60,000 nucleotides of DNA from the NCBI RefSeq assembly GCF_018350175.1, contig NC_058383.1:18044001-18104000 (forward strand), in the 5' to 3' direction. Source of the DNA: Felis catus (lineage: Eukaryota). Below are positions 1 through 12,964 of the stretch, one piece after another (position 1 is the stretch's first letter; each line of letters opens with the position of its first letter). The notes below the pieces were generated by a model, which made no database searches, was not told where the DNA came from, and saw only the letters and a program-made list of their open reading frames with translations. A program made the position numbers and the translations under genes.

Positions 1-1779
1 TGAGGTATCACTCACTTGTTTGGCTACTGTACCCTCACTTCAAGCCCGGGAGCTCGCCTCTCTCTAACCCTTTGGGCAGGAAAGGACATGAGGGGTCCCT
101 CAGGGCAAAGCGGCTCCTGAGGTGACTTTCCAGAAGGGCTCCCTTCTGGAGCCACCTCTTCCCTCCTAGAACCCACTGTCTTCTCTGCCCTTTGCCAGGA
201 GGAGAGAAAAACAGCTTGTCCACAAAGCCCCTTCCCCAGGGAGAGCCTGGGGGGTCCCAGCCTGCCTTGAGGGAGGTAACCTACCCCTTCCCCCCTCGTC
301 AGTGCTGGAGACCCCTTGCTGGGAAGGGAGCAGATCAAGAAAACAATGAGCTCATCTCAGATGTGAAAGCCCCAGACAAGCCAAGACCATCATTCACACA
401 CTAATTATGCACTGAGTGCCTGCTGTGGCCAGGCTGAGAGCACAGAGTGGAGAATAATCTAGCAAAGATGCCGGGCGGAAGTGGTAAGCTGCTGCCTTTG
501 GTGATGCCCTGGTCTGAAGGGACCATTCTCACAGGACACAGCCCAGTCGTGCCACCTGGGGCCGCACCTGTTCTCTTTAATACACACTTCCACCCTTGGG
601 TCCTCCTGTCCTTTCTCCAGGGAAAACAGTCATGCTCGGCTAGGCAGACTTCCTGGCTCTGGAAGAATTTAGATCTCTGAGCCTCAGATCCCCAGACCCG
701 GAGAGGCATAACTGAACACTGATAGAACTGGGGGGTGGGGAGGGGGCACTTCTGAGTATCAAAATAAGGAAGTCAGGATTCCTGGATGCGCTGGGAATGG
801 TAAGGCAAAACACTTGGGGTCCAGGAGGGAATCAGTGCCTGACAGAGGCAGAAGGGAGAAATGTACCAGGAATCTCAAACTCAAAGCCTCCGGGACCTAA
901 GCTGATAAAATACTTGGGAGAAGCTGGAATAAGACAAAGCTGAGTGGGCGGCGGCCAACGGCACCCACCAAATCCCAATTAAGACAGAAAAAAGAAATCT
1001 ACCAGGCTGAGTCTCAGGCTGCCTTGAAGGCAGAAATGGGTCAGCCCTACAGGCACCTCCAGATCGGAGAGCTGGGAGAGGATTCCATTACCAGAGGAAA
1101 AGGAAATGGATCCTGAGCAGGCAAAAACAACACATGCCTTCCTTGCCAGGGAGTGGATTTCCAGGCAGAGGGGAGGGCAAGGGCAAAGGCTCAGAGGTGG
1201 GAAATGACTTGGATTGTTTGGTGGAAGATTTGAAGATGGGATCAAGAGAGGCGAGATGGCTAGGAGCTGGGCTGGGTCCAGACCACGAGATGGTAGGTCA
1301 GAGGACTTGGACTCTGTCCCGAGAACAATCAGACCGAAGCTGGAAAGTGAGATAAGCATATTTGCAGTTTAGACCGAGTCCGTGGCACAAAGATGCGTTC
1401 GAGGGGGCTGCAGTGGCTGCAGGGAGCCCAGGAGGAGGCCGATGCAGCCCCTCAGAGCTCTGAATGTGGGTTGTGGCAATGTGGGTGGAGAGAAGGGACT
1501 GCGGTCAGAGGGAACAGCATGCGCAAAGGCTCAGAGGGCAGATGGAGCCCCATGGGTTCGTGGCAGTAGGAAGAGTTGGGTGTGGCTGTGGGAGTTGGGG
1601 GGTGGGGTGGAAGGAGCCGGGTGGGGGGGGGGGAGCCAGGATTGGGAGAAGAGAAATCTCACACCTCACCTGATATCACCCTATCGGGTACACTTCCTTC
1701 TTGCCTGGCCAGCCTGGGATTGGGTTTGGATGATTTCTCCCAAGCTGCCCATGCCCAGTTAGACCCATGCTCATCATGG

Positions 1780-2250
1780 CGAGTGTGCCCATCAAATCGG
1801 GTGCTGCAGTCAGCATATAATGCACCATCAACGCTGGCTGGTGGGTGGGCGGGAACACCCATTGCCTGAGCGCCGTTGCTCAGCCCGGGTAGGTGGGTCT
1901 CTTTCCCTCAGTGCTCGTGAGGGGTGGGGGTGAGCGTCTCTATTTTACCCGTGAGGAAGCTGAGGATTTATGAAGTTAAGAGAGCTGCTCAGGGTCGTAC
2001 ATCAATAAAGTGGCGGAGCCGGGTTTGAAATCCGTCAGCCACTCATTCAATAAATATGTATTCAACACCTACTGTGGTACCAGGCACAATTCGAGACGGT
2101 GGATGTACAACAATGAGTAAACAGACAAAAGTCCCTGTCCTTGTGGAGTTTATATTCTATCAGGGGGGTGCGGGGGGGGGGGACGCGGCGGGGGGTGGGG
2201 TGGGGGGTGAGGTGGAGACTAGACAATGAAAATATTTGTACCTAAGAATA
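1780..2250. mobile_element. MIR followed by an L2 3' end
   Basis: MIR core (ttttacccgtgaggaagctgagg...ggagccgggtttgaa) and L2 tail (cattcaataaatatgtattcaacacctactgtg...aaaagtccctgtccttgtggagtttatattcta). Confidence 0.65.
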
Positions 2251-3133
2251 CCACATGTCGAGTCCCCTCTTGACCACCAGAGGGCACTGCGATCACACCA
2301 CCTTTCCTTTCTCTGCTTCCATCTTCCTTTCTGGGCTCCAAAGATACCGGCCAAGGAGGCTGTGAATACACAGTGCAGCTGCCCAAGGATGGAAACGGAG
2401 GAGAGGTGTGCCACAGTTCCTTCTTCCACCCACTTCCCCAGCTTACTCCCCTGACCACATCTCCATCCAACCGCTCAAGGTCTCTCAGCGATTTTATAAG
2501 GCCCTGTGGACTCCAGAGGTTACCCAAGTGTTATTCACTCACCAACCCATCCACCCTGCTTCCATGTCCTCGTCCCTGTTCCCAGCCCTCCACCCGCCAA
2601 CTGGGGCATCGAGTCCAGCGGGGGCCGGGGCCGGGGAAGGCAAAGAGGTCACACCAGGCTGACGGAGTCAGTGAACTCAGTGGGCATGAGTTTTAGCGTG
2701 CCAAGGCCAGTTAAAAACTGAAGGCATTTAAAAACGGCAGGACATTATTAGCAAACCAAACCGTATCTGAAAGCAATTCAACTTCGGATCTTTAAAAGAT
2801 CCCACTGTGGCATTATGCGGTGTGGACACATATATTAATTTATCGCCAGCCCTTCAAGACAATATAGTAGGTAAAATTCCATAAATATTTCAGTACCTGT
2901 GGACTCTGTTCCAATCACTTCCCGAGTAATAGATCATGTTGGCAGTTACTTGGCAACATTTTAAGACCTGCTTTCTGAGGCCCTAAGTAGCTCAGCTTGT
3001 AAAACCAATCTACAAAGTACTGAAGGGAATCTGACCGTAAGGCTGTGAATAACGTCTCCATTGATCCCTGTACGCCTCAGATTTATGCCAGATGATGAGG
3101 GCTTTCTTCATTTCAGGTATGTAGCGCTGTTTA

Positions 3134-3365
3134 TTTTTTATTTATTAAAATTTTTTTTTCAATGTTTATTTATTTATTTTTGGGACAGAGAGAGACAGAG
3201 CATGAGCGGGGGAGGGGCAGAGAGAGAGGGAGACACAGAATCGGAAGCAGGCTCCAGGCTTGAGCCATCAGCCCAGAGCCCGACGCGGGGCTCGAACTCC
3301 CGGACCGCGAGATCGTGACCTGGCTGAAGTCGGACGCTCAACCGACTGCGCCACCCAGGCGCCCC
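3134..3365 (-). mobile_element. Young CanSINE (SINEC_Fc type)
   Basis: tRNA-derived head, CT tract and A tail, CpGs retained; perfect 14-bp TSD TGTAGCGCTGTTTA at 3120-3133 and 3366-3379. Confidence 0.93.
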
Positions 3366-4314
3366 TGTAGCGCTGTTTAGACCACTGGAATCCAGTACAG
3401 CGCTCCTGGAAAATGATCAGAAGCAGAGATCCTCAAACATATCTCTATTTGGTGGGTTGCCGGGTAACCTCTTTTCCTCTCTGCCAGCAATTCAGCTGAG
3501 GGATTCCAAAGCCTTAGACAGTACCAACAAAGAGTTACGCCGCAAGCCACTTGCTTCTTGATATTTGGTTGCTTTTTAGCCAAAGGAGAGCAGTTTTGTT
3601 CGAATAATATACCAGTATGTGAAGGACAATGCTGATTTCCTAAAGGCTGGATAAAAATCGTTCTTCCCATATGAGCAAACAACAATAAAAGCCCCTTAAC
3701 TGTAATCTCACCGAGAACCCAAACTATGTCACTTTTAGTTTTTGCACGATTTGCTTTGTTTTCTCGAACGTTGCGAGCCGGAAGGGGAATTTATTGAGAT
3801 TTGGCAGTTTTTTAGGTAAAGGATTGTACTTGACACAGTTTTGTATTTGTGGTAAAGTAACTACCCAAATAGACGGATGATTTCAGGGGCTAAACCAAGA
3901 CTTGAATTTTTTTTTTAATTCCAATCTAATGAATTCTAATGAATGAAAAGTGTATTGGGGAAGACAGAGAAGGTGCCAGAAAGCTGTTTTCCATGACCTG
4001 TCTGTGGCAACAATTCAGGGAAGCTCTGCATACAATAATTAAAAGAGAACCAACAGTTAATTTATCCTCACCTTTATTTTTCATTTGTTAATTAATTCAG
4101 TTACCATGGTATAAAATGAAGAAGTGAAAATCTCTATGCACTCCCAGTCCCTGGAGAGAACCACTTTTAAGAAGTTTTTAATTCTTCTGGTGGCTCCCTT
4201 GAATTGTAAAGATGATCCTTTATAGTTTTTAAAGCTCTATGGACTCCTTGTGTGAAGGAGAAAGAATTTAGCTTGTACACACTTTTCTTTATTTTTGTTA
4301 GTTTTGCTATTTTT

Positions 4315-4972
4315 TAAAAAATGTTTATGTTTATTTATTTTTGAGAGAGAGGGAGAGACAAAGTACAAGCAGGGGAGGGGCAGAGAGAGAGGGAGACACA
4401 GAATCCGAAGCAGGCTCCAGGCTGTGAGCTGTCAACACGGAGCCTGACGTGGGGCTCGAACCCTCGAACTGAGAGATCATGACCTGAGCTGAAGTCGGAT
4501 GCTTAACTGACTGAGCCGCCCAAGTACCCCTTTGTAAAGTTTTTTTTTTTTTTAAGTTTATTTATTTACTTTGAGAGAGAGAAGGAGCACTCATGGGAGG
4601 GACAGAGAGAGAGAGAGAGAGGGAGAGAGAGAATCCCAAGCAGGTTCCCACTGTCAGCGCAGAGCCCGGTGTGGGGCTCAAACTCATGAACCATGAAATC
4701 ATGACGAGCTGAAATCAAGAGTTGGTCACCCAACTGACTGAGCCACCCAGGTGCCTCTGAAGTTCACTTATTTTTAGAGAAAGAGTGAGTGTGCGCACAT
4801 GAAAGCAGGGGAGGGACAGGGAAAGAGGGGGGAGGAGAGAGAAAATTTCAAGCAGGCTCCACCCTGTCAGCACAGAGCCCAACGCGAGGCTCAAACCCAC
4901 AAACCGTGAGATAATGACCTGAGCCCAAACCAAGAGTTGGACGTTCAAATGACTAAGCCACTCAGAGGCCCC
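4315..4972 (-). mobile_element. Three tandem CanSINEs
   Basis: Three successive ~210-bp GAGAGA...GAGCCACCCAGG units in the same orientation. Confidence 0.88.
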
Positions 4973-5019
4973 ATACAACTTTAAATAACAGATCTAATCC
5001 TGTCTTCTTGATGTATTAA

Positions 5020-5850
5020 CTTTTGAAAATTGAGAATGTAATTTGATCCCATAAAATTCACCCTTTCAAAATGTTCCATCCAGTGGTGTTTAGTATATTT
5101 ATGGAGTCGTGGAACCATCCCCACTGTATAATTTCCACTATATAATACCCATTCCCCATTCCCTCATCCACTGGCAACCTTTATTCTACTTTCCGTCTCT
5201 ATGGATTTTCCTCTTCTGGACATTTCATGTAAATGGAATCATACAGTATATGGCCCTTTGTGTCTTATTTCACCTGGCATATTTCCAAGGTTCATGCACA
5301 TTGTAGCACACATCAGTAATTCATTTCCTTTTGTGGCTGAATAGTATTTCATTTTGTGAGTAGACCACATTTTGTTTATTCATTCACCATTGATGCACAT
5401 ATGTCTTGCTTCCACTTTTTTGGCTACTATGAATAATGCTGCTGTGAAGATTCATGGGCAGGTTCTTTTTGTGTGTAAACTTATGTTTTCAATTTCTCTT
5501 GGGTATGTACACCCAGAGAATTTCTGGATCGTGTTTAACTTTGTTGTTGTTGCTGTTGTTGTTTTAAGTAGGCTCCATGCCCAGCATGAAGGACTGAATT
5601 CACGACCCTGACATCAAGACCCGAGCTGAGATCAAGTGTCCAACGCTTGACCAACTGAGCCACCCGGGCGCCCCAAGGTTTAACTTTTTCAGGCACTTGT
5701 CAAACTGCTTTCCAAAGCTGTTGGGCCATCATTTTATATACCCGCTAGCAATGTACAAGAGTTCCAATTTCTCCACATCCTCACCAACACTTCTTGTTAT
5801 CTGTCTTTTTTGTTCTAGCCACCCTAGTGGGTGTAAAGTGGTGTCGTTTC
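5020..5850 (-). mobile_element. Old L1 (L1MA/MB-like) 3' region with nested SINE
   Basis: Typical L1 3' antisense text (ataaaattcaccc..., ttctggacatttcatgtaaatggaatcatacagtat, gttccaatttctccacatcctcaccaacact). Confidence 0.7.
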
Positions 5851-6255
5851 CAATCTAGCCTGGACTATTTATGTTTAATGTAATCATTGATATGGTTAGA
5901 ATTGAATCTATCGTCTTGCTACTTGTTTTTTATTTGTTCTCTGTTCCCCTTTTCCTCTTTTGTTGCCTTTAAAACATGTTTTTAATGTTTCTTTTCAAGA
6001 AAGACAGGGACCGAGAGCAAGCAGGGGTGGGGCAGAGACAGAGGGAGACACAGAATCCAAAGCAGGCTCCAGGTTCTGAACTGTTAGCACAGAGCCCGAC
6101 GCAGGGCTTGAACTCATGAACTGTGAGATCATGACCCAACCCGAAGTCAGATGCTTAACCAACTGAGCCACCCAGGTGTCCCTTCTTATGCTTTTTGTTG
6201 GAGGTATTTTTTAAAATGTTTTTTCCCCCTCCTTTGTTGAGCTATAACTCTTTGC

Positions 6256-6256
<1 letters not shown>

Positions 6257-6300
<44 letters not shown>
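6257..6300. repeat. (TG)22 microsatellite
   Basis: Direct reading. Confidence 0.95.
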
Positions 6301-6301
<1 letters not shown>

Positions 6302-7452
6302 TTGCTTTAGGGTTTATAACATTCATCTTTAACATTCATCAGTCTGCTTTTGATGGGCATACACCACATCATATATATTATAAAAACCTTACAACTATAG
6401 ACTTCCATTTCTCCCCTCTTGGCCTTTATGCTATCATTGTCATGTATTTAACTTTTATATATATTCAACCCCCCACAATATACTATTCTTTTTGTTGAGA
6501 AAATCAATTATCCTTGAAAGGCACTTAAATCATAAGAAAATAAGTCATATATGTGCATGCGTGTGTGTGTGTGTATCCATATGTCTACTATTTACTTTTT
6601 TTAAGATTAAAAAACAATTTTATGTAATCTCTATATCCAATGTGGGGCTTGATCTCACAACCCAGAGATCCAGAGTCTCATGGTCTACTGACTGAGCCAA
6701 CCAGATGCCCCTACATCTAAGTTTATTTATTTTGAGAGACAGAGAGAGTGGAGGAGGGGCAGAGAGAGAGAGAGGGAGAGAGAGAATACCAGGCAGGCTT
6801 TGCGCTGTGAGCAGGGAGCCTGAGGCAGGGCTTGAACTCACAAACTGTGAGATCATGACCTGAGCTGGAACCAAGAGTTGGATGCCTAACCGACTGAGCC
6901 ACTCAGGCGCCCCTACAATTTCTACTATTTCTGATGCTCCTCATTCCTTTTGTGAATCCAGATTTCTTCTAAGATTATTTTTCTGCCGCTCAAAGGATGT
7001 CATTTTACAATTTCATTGGGTGTGGGTCTTCTGGTTCAGCTTTTGTAAATCTGAAAATGTCTCTTTTTTGCCTTCACTTTTTTTTTTTGAATTGAGATGT
7101 AATTGACATAGAACATTATATTAGTTAAAATGTATAATGTGATGATTCGATATCTGTGTATATTGCACAATGATTACTACAAGAAGTCTAGTTAACATCC
7201 ATCCCCACACCTAGTCACAGTTTTCTTTTCTTGTGATGAGAACTTTTAAGATCTACTCTCTTAGCAACTTTCCAGCATAGATTACAGTATTGTTAACTAT
7301 AGGCACCACGTGGTACATTACATCATCAGGACTTATTTATTTTGTGACTGTAAGTTTGTACCTTTGACCCCCTTCACCCACTTTGCCTGCCCCCCACACC
7401 CCACCTCTGCCAAAACCAATCTGTTCTCTGGATCTATGAATTTGGGCTTTGC

Positions 7453-7488
7453 CTTCTTCTTCTTCTTCTTCTTCTTCTTCTTCTTCTT
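7453..7488. repeat. (CTT)12 microsatellite
   Basis: Direct reading. Confidence 0.95.
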
Positions 7489-7784
7489 CAAGTAGGCTTT
7501 ATGCCCTGCACGGAGCCCAACATAAAGCTTGAACTCACAACCTCAAGCCCAGCCCCATGCTGGGCTCCACACTGAGCATGGAGCCTGCTTAAGAATCTCC
7601 CTCTCTCCCTCTGCCCTTCTTCCCCACCAATGCGCTCTCTTTCTCTATAGAAAGAAGAAATTTGAAAAAATTTTAAAAAGTGATCTCCAGCTGATGGGTC
7701 ATGAATCACACGTGGCCCACAGCCTTGCTCCTTTTGGCTTTGGTGGTATGAGGCGTGGCAGCCTGTTCCCAGATGGTCTTAAAT

Positions 7785-7975
7785 CAGGGGTTTCCCCACC
7801 TTCACAGTATTGACTTTTGACCCAGATAATTCTTGGTGGGGGGAGACTTTCCTGCATGCTGTGGGATATTCAGCAGCCTCTTTGGTCTCTATCCGCTAGG
7901 TACCGGTAGTATCCCCCTCGATGTTACAGCCAAAAATGTCTCCAGACACGCCAAGTGTCACCTGGGTGGGGGGAA
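7785..7975. mobile_element. MER20-like hAT-Charlie DNA transposon
   Basis: cagataattcttgg...gggatattcagcagc...caaaaatgtctccagaca..ccaagtgtc matches the MER20 consensus as I recall it. Confidence 0.75.
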
Positions 7976-10900
7976 GGGGAACAAGAAACCCTGATCTATC
8001 TATATCTATATCTACATCTAAATCTATATCTATATAAAGTGACCAACATTTTGCTTGATTTTCACCTAAAAATCTGGATTCTAGCTTCTGCTGGAAAATC
8101 AAGACAGACATGATTAGTAGAGCCTAGTGGCTGCTGTCCTACAGACAGGCATATGATCCCTTCCCACCTCTGTCCCCTGGTCCACGTGGTCACCTATGAG
8201 CGTGATGTGGGGCTCAAACTCACAAACCGCAAGATCATGACCCGAGCTGAAGTCGGACATTTAACCAACTGAGCCACCCAGGCGTCCCTCTTTCTTTTTG
8301 GTGTTATCCTGGGGATGAATACTGACTCTGTACCCAGGGATAGCTGTGGAGTGGTTCTAAGATAATCCTTTAGTTGATCGTTCTGTCTCTCCACCGCGGT
8401 TACTAGGAGTTGGGAATAATGGCAGAACATGGACCGTATCTGCCGCCGTTGGAGGTGGAGAGTCAGGGACTCTCAAGTATGAGACAGATTGCCCAGGGGA
8501 AGTGCGTCAGACATCAAAAGCAGTCCAGGACTGACCTCCGAAGAACACAGACCACAAAAAGGCCAGAGAGGATGGCCAGAGGGAGGGAAGGGAGATCAGA
8601 TTGTGTGTGGAGTCACAGAAGCCAAGCGAAGAAAATGTGTCAAGAAAAGAATCAAAATGTCTAACGCTGCCGACGGGAGCGTATCCAGTGCCCTTTCATT
8701 GAAATATGCAGGCCGTGATTTTGGTGAAAGCGGCCTCTCTAGAGTGCTGGAAGCAGGTGGGGAGCCTGCAGCAGGGCGCAGGCACTCCGGAGAGGAGAAA
8801 ATGTAGGCAGTTAGGACAGACAGCTCTTTCTGAAAGTTCGACTGTGCGGGAGGTGGGAGGCAACGTGTGGTGAAGGATGGAGAATGAGAGGCTGGATTGG
8901 TTGGTTGTTTTATGGTGGAAGAGATTTGAAGTTGTTCACAGAGGAAATAGTCTGGGCTTTGTGATATTGTGAACGGTATAACCTGACAAACACATGCCCA
9001 CCTTGACGCGTTTAGAAATTCAGCATAAAATCAAGTAAACATCCTTTAAAATGCATAACTGTGTTTAGTAAGGGGAATCCCCGCCCACAAAGAGGAAATT
9101 GAAAACCAGAGCTGTGAGGGGGCTGTGTGGTTGTGCAGATCTTGGCAATGCAGGGGCTTGGGTTTTATTCCCGCCCGGAGATTGGAGATGAGGCCTGGCC
9201 TCGTTGGGGCATTGAAAACCGAGACCCTAATTTAAAGCTCAACCCCTTAAAGGGAGACACCTTCAGTGAAAGAACAGACTAGAAATGGAGCAGCTGGGTG
9301 GCTCAGTCGGTTGAGCGTGTTCAACTCTGGCTCAGGTTGTGACTCTGGCTCCCACGGTTCGTGGGTTCGAGCCCTGAATCAGGCTCTGCGCTGGCATTGA
9401 GGAGCCTGCTCGGGATCCTCTCTCTCTCCCTCTCTCTCCGCCCCTCCCTCACCTGCGCTCTCCCTCTCAAAATAAATGAGTAAACTTTAAAAAACCAAAA
9501 GAGTAGACTAGAAAAAAAAAATCTTTCCATTTCCATCAGCTTAGCCAGTAGAAAAGAACCATCTGATTCACCGAGATCTGATGGCAATAGAAAATCTCTC
9601 CTGAGAATCCATTACCAGTGGCTTGTCCTTACCTGGATCACCATCTGCATAAAACGATAAATTGAATCATCAGCCCTGATAAAATGAACAAATAACCTAG
9701 CTCAGGGTTCATAATACCTTTGAAGCATAGGTAAGGCCCTGCTGACTCTGAGTTCACAGCCCCAAATTAGAAAGCACAAGAGGAAACCATCTGTCGTGGA
9801 TGAGAGTAAGTACCCTCGAGCTCCAGACAACAGAACCATCAAGCAAAGGACGGTACAGTGAGTATATTTTAAGCACCGGAAGACTTGAAAGAAGGACTCA
9901 ATGCGCGAAAGTATTTAACAGGTGTTAAAAATAAGCGGCAGAGAGGTTTAAGAGAAAGCAGTGGGGCTCCTGGGTGGCTCAGTAATTAAGCGTCAGACTC
10001 TTGATCTCCGCTCGGGTCCTTATCCCACCGGTCGTGAGTTTGAGCCCCAAATCGGGCTCTGATGGCGCAGAGCCTGCTTGGGATTCTGTCTCTCCTTCTC
10101 TCTGCCCCTCCCCCGCTTGTGCACAAGCGCTCTCTCGTTCTCAAAAAAAAAAAAAAAAAAACAAACAAAAAAAACCAAATAAACTTAAAAACAACAACAG
10201 AAAGGAGAAAGGGTAAAACTAACTCCTCTGTTAATCCACCCCTCAGTCATCTGTTCATTTTTGGGGGCTGCTAGTAACATGTGGCCCCTGGTCTGGGTTT
10301 GGGAATGGAAGGGGACTCTGGGCTCCACATCAGGAAGATCACATTCAGCACTGCGGGCACACACCCCTCTCTCATTTTTTTTTCTTAAGTTTATTTGTTT
10401 TTGAGAGGGAGACAGAGAGACAGAGGGTGGGGGAGGATCAGAGAGAGGGAGACAGAGGATCTGAAGCAGGTTCTCAGCCGACAGCAGAGAGCCTGATGCA
10501 GGGTTCGAACCCAAGAACCTGATCGTGACTCACAAACCTCGAGATCGTGACCTGAGCCGAAGTTGGACTTAATCGACTGAGCCACTCAGGCACCCCACCC
10601 CTTTTTCATTTTATAGCATCCTTAGAGGTCACAGCTAGAAAAGTTCCCATAGGGCATCCTGTTCACCCTTCAACTTTCTCGTACAGAAAAAGAATGTGAG
10701 TCCCAGCAACGTAAAAATCACTTTTCTGAAGTCTCCGAGCGAGTGGGCGGCAAAGCCAGATGGAGAGCCGGCGCCCTGCCTCTGCCGAGCGCTTGGCAGG
10801 CCAGCATCTAAGCTCTGAACACTGTATGTCTGTTTTGTTTCCCTGGTGGGCTGTGTGTTTGCTCCTGTGGGCAGAGTCCCCACAACCCAGTCCCGTCAGC

Positions 10901-11679
10901 TGATGGCGACAATGAGAAGTGACAGCCTTATCCAGCTCCTGAGTGACCGAGATGGGAGGGGGGCTCTGATCTCTATCTTGTGTCAGTTATGTGTCCCTAT
11001 CTCATGGCACCTCCTTCCACCCCTGCTCCTGTCACCAGAGAGTCTGAGCTCCTTGAGAGCCGGGGCCGGGCTGACGCCTCCACCCCCAGGGCCTGGCTCA
11101 GAGACGGTGCTCCGGTGTTACTTTGACTTCTGGCACCCAAAGAGCGAGCGGGAGGTCCAGGCCCTCCTGAGCAGGAAGGAAGAGCTGACTACAGGTCCCT
11201 GCCCAGCAGCATTTCCTGCATGTGAACTTGGGAGGTTCCTGGCCATCAAATAGCGCAGGGTGGCTGCTCCCCGTGCAGAACTCTCAGTCTGTCTCAGTAC
11301 TTCCGGGGGGAATGTCTCAGGATGGTACTCGAATGTCTAACACTTTCTTAACACTTGCTGACCCATCAATTCTCTTTTCTTTTAACATAGAAACAACATG
11401 GGGCCCGTGGGTGGCTCAGTCAGTGGAGCATCCAACTTTGGCTCAGGTCATGATCTCACAGTTGTGAGTTCGATCCCCGCATCGAGCTCTGTGCTGACAG
11501 CTTAGAGCCTGCAGGCTGCTTTGGACTCTGTGTTTCCCTCTCTCTTGGTCCCTCCCCCACTCACCCTCTGTCTCTGTCTCTGTCTCAAAAATAAATAAAC
11601 ATTAAGAAATTAAAATTAAAAAAAAAAAGAGCAGACCTCTGGGTCAATGAATGCTACCAGCAGGGAGGGAACAATATCT

Positions 11680-11920
11680 ACTTAGAACGTAATATCTTTG
11701 TTTAACCTTGTATTTATTTTCATGTTTTACTTTCTATTTATGGCACGTGATAACTGGTTTTCCATTTGCAGAAGTGATACAAAAAAATGTTCCTTCTAAA
11801 ATAAATTTATTCAGCAAATAGGAAATCATCTTAAGGAAAAATATGAAGTAAATAATAGTACAGGTGGTAAAGTGATAAGGCAAAAATCCTAACATTCGTG
11901 ACTGAAGTTTGGGAAACCGG
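11680..11920. mobile_element. hAT-Charlie-like DNA transposon fragment containing candidate C16orf54 poly(A) signals (minus-strand AATAAA at 11806-11811 and 11713-11718)
   Basis: AT-rich island ending in aagtttgggaaacc, a Charlie-type terminus. Confidence 0.4.
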
Positions 11921-12964
11921 GCCCCCCTTCCCTCCCCGTGCCGGGAGTGCAGCTCCTTTTCCTCTCCCCAGCTCCTGGCTCTCCTCCCAGGGGGCGGCCA
12001 GCTGATACACATGGTTGTGGAATCAAGGACATCTCTGGGCTCCATTTCTACTGGGTGAGGCATTATAAATAAGCCTGTCATGGGGCAAATCTGTCTGGAT
12101 TGATCCAGCAAGCTGGGAGGGAGGGTGGCCAGAGGCCGCACACCGGGAGCTGCTCTTCCCCAGGTTCAGTGTTCCTTTCCACATTGGATCAAACTCCGAT
12201 CGCTTCGGCGGGCCTCCCTCACCCCGGAGGGGTCAGAGTCAGCGGGCTGCCATGTTCAACCTTAATGGCACGGCTGCCCCCTGGCCTCCCTTGACTCGAG
12301 GTCCTAGCTGGAGGCAAGGAGGGGCCTCTCCAATTTGGCTGCCCAAGTTTCCTGTGGCAAGTTGGGGGTCAAAGCTACAGTTGGGATGTAATAAGACGCT
12401 CCTTTGCCTGGCCTTGCCCTCTGTCTGTGTTTTCCTGGAGGCTTGATCCGTGGCTCTGGGAGGCTGGCTTCCTGTCCTCTCCTGCTGGCAGGACTGACCC
12501 TGGTCATCTACACTCAGTCTGTTCTTCGGCAGCCACAGGACCCCTGCACGCCGATGTTGGCATCTTAGGTGCACAATGAAGGTGGAAGCTTCTGTGATGA
12601 TCCTATTTCCTACCTGTTTGGTAGCTTGAGATCTTTCTTAATCTAGAACATGATTTTGGCGACTTCTGGCCCGTAGTCGGCCCCACCTCCAATTGTCTGT
12701 GCCGCGACCCTGGGCAGCCAGAGAGATACTTCTGGGCTTCCCCTGCAGCACAGGCTCTGTCCATGCGGTGCCTGCCCAGCCCCAGATCCAGGGAATTGAA
12801 ATCCGGATGTAAAAGGCCTTGGGAGGGGTGTTCTTCCCTGTAGGCCCAAGTATGAACTTGGGCTCTTAGGCTGGAGCCTCAGGGTCTTAAGGCCTCAGAG
12901 AGACCCTCTGAGGTAAGGCCTTCCTCAGTGTCTCGGAGAGGCCAGTCCTCCAGGCCCTGGGGAA

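Larger units (their letters stand above)
5990..7540 (+). repeat. Third copy (R1) of a ~1.5 kb module also at ~32430-34060 (R2) and ~58900-60000+ (R3)
   Basis: Same order of SINE, old L1, microsatellite, SINE(s), old L1 and carnivore L1 3' end, with shared junctions (ctacaatttctactatttctgatgctcc at 6913, 33444, 59641). Confidence 0.9.

Noticed and set aside
1..2700. Possible exons of the neighbouring syntenic gene QPRT
   Set aside because: No ORF or exon translation resembling quinolinate phosphoribosyltransferase was recognisable.
3134..3365. tRNA-like A/B-box sequences here and in dozens of other places
   Set aside because: These are heads of tRNA-derived CanSINEs, not tRNA genes.
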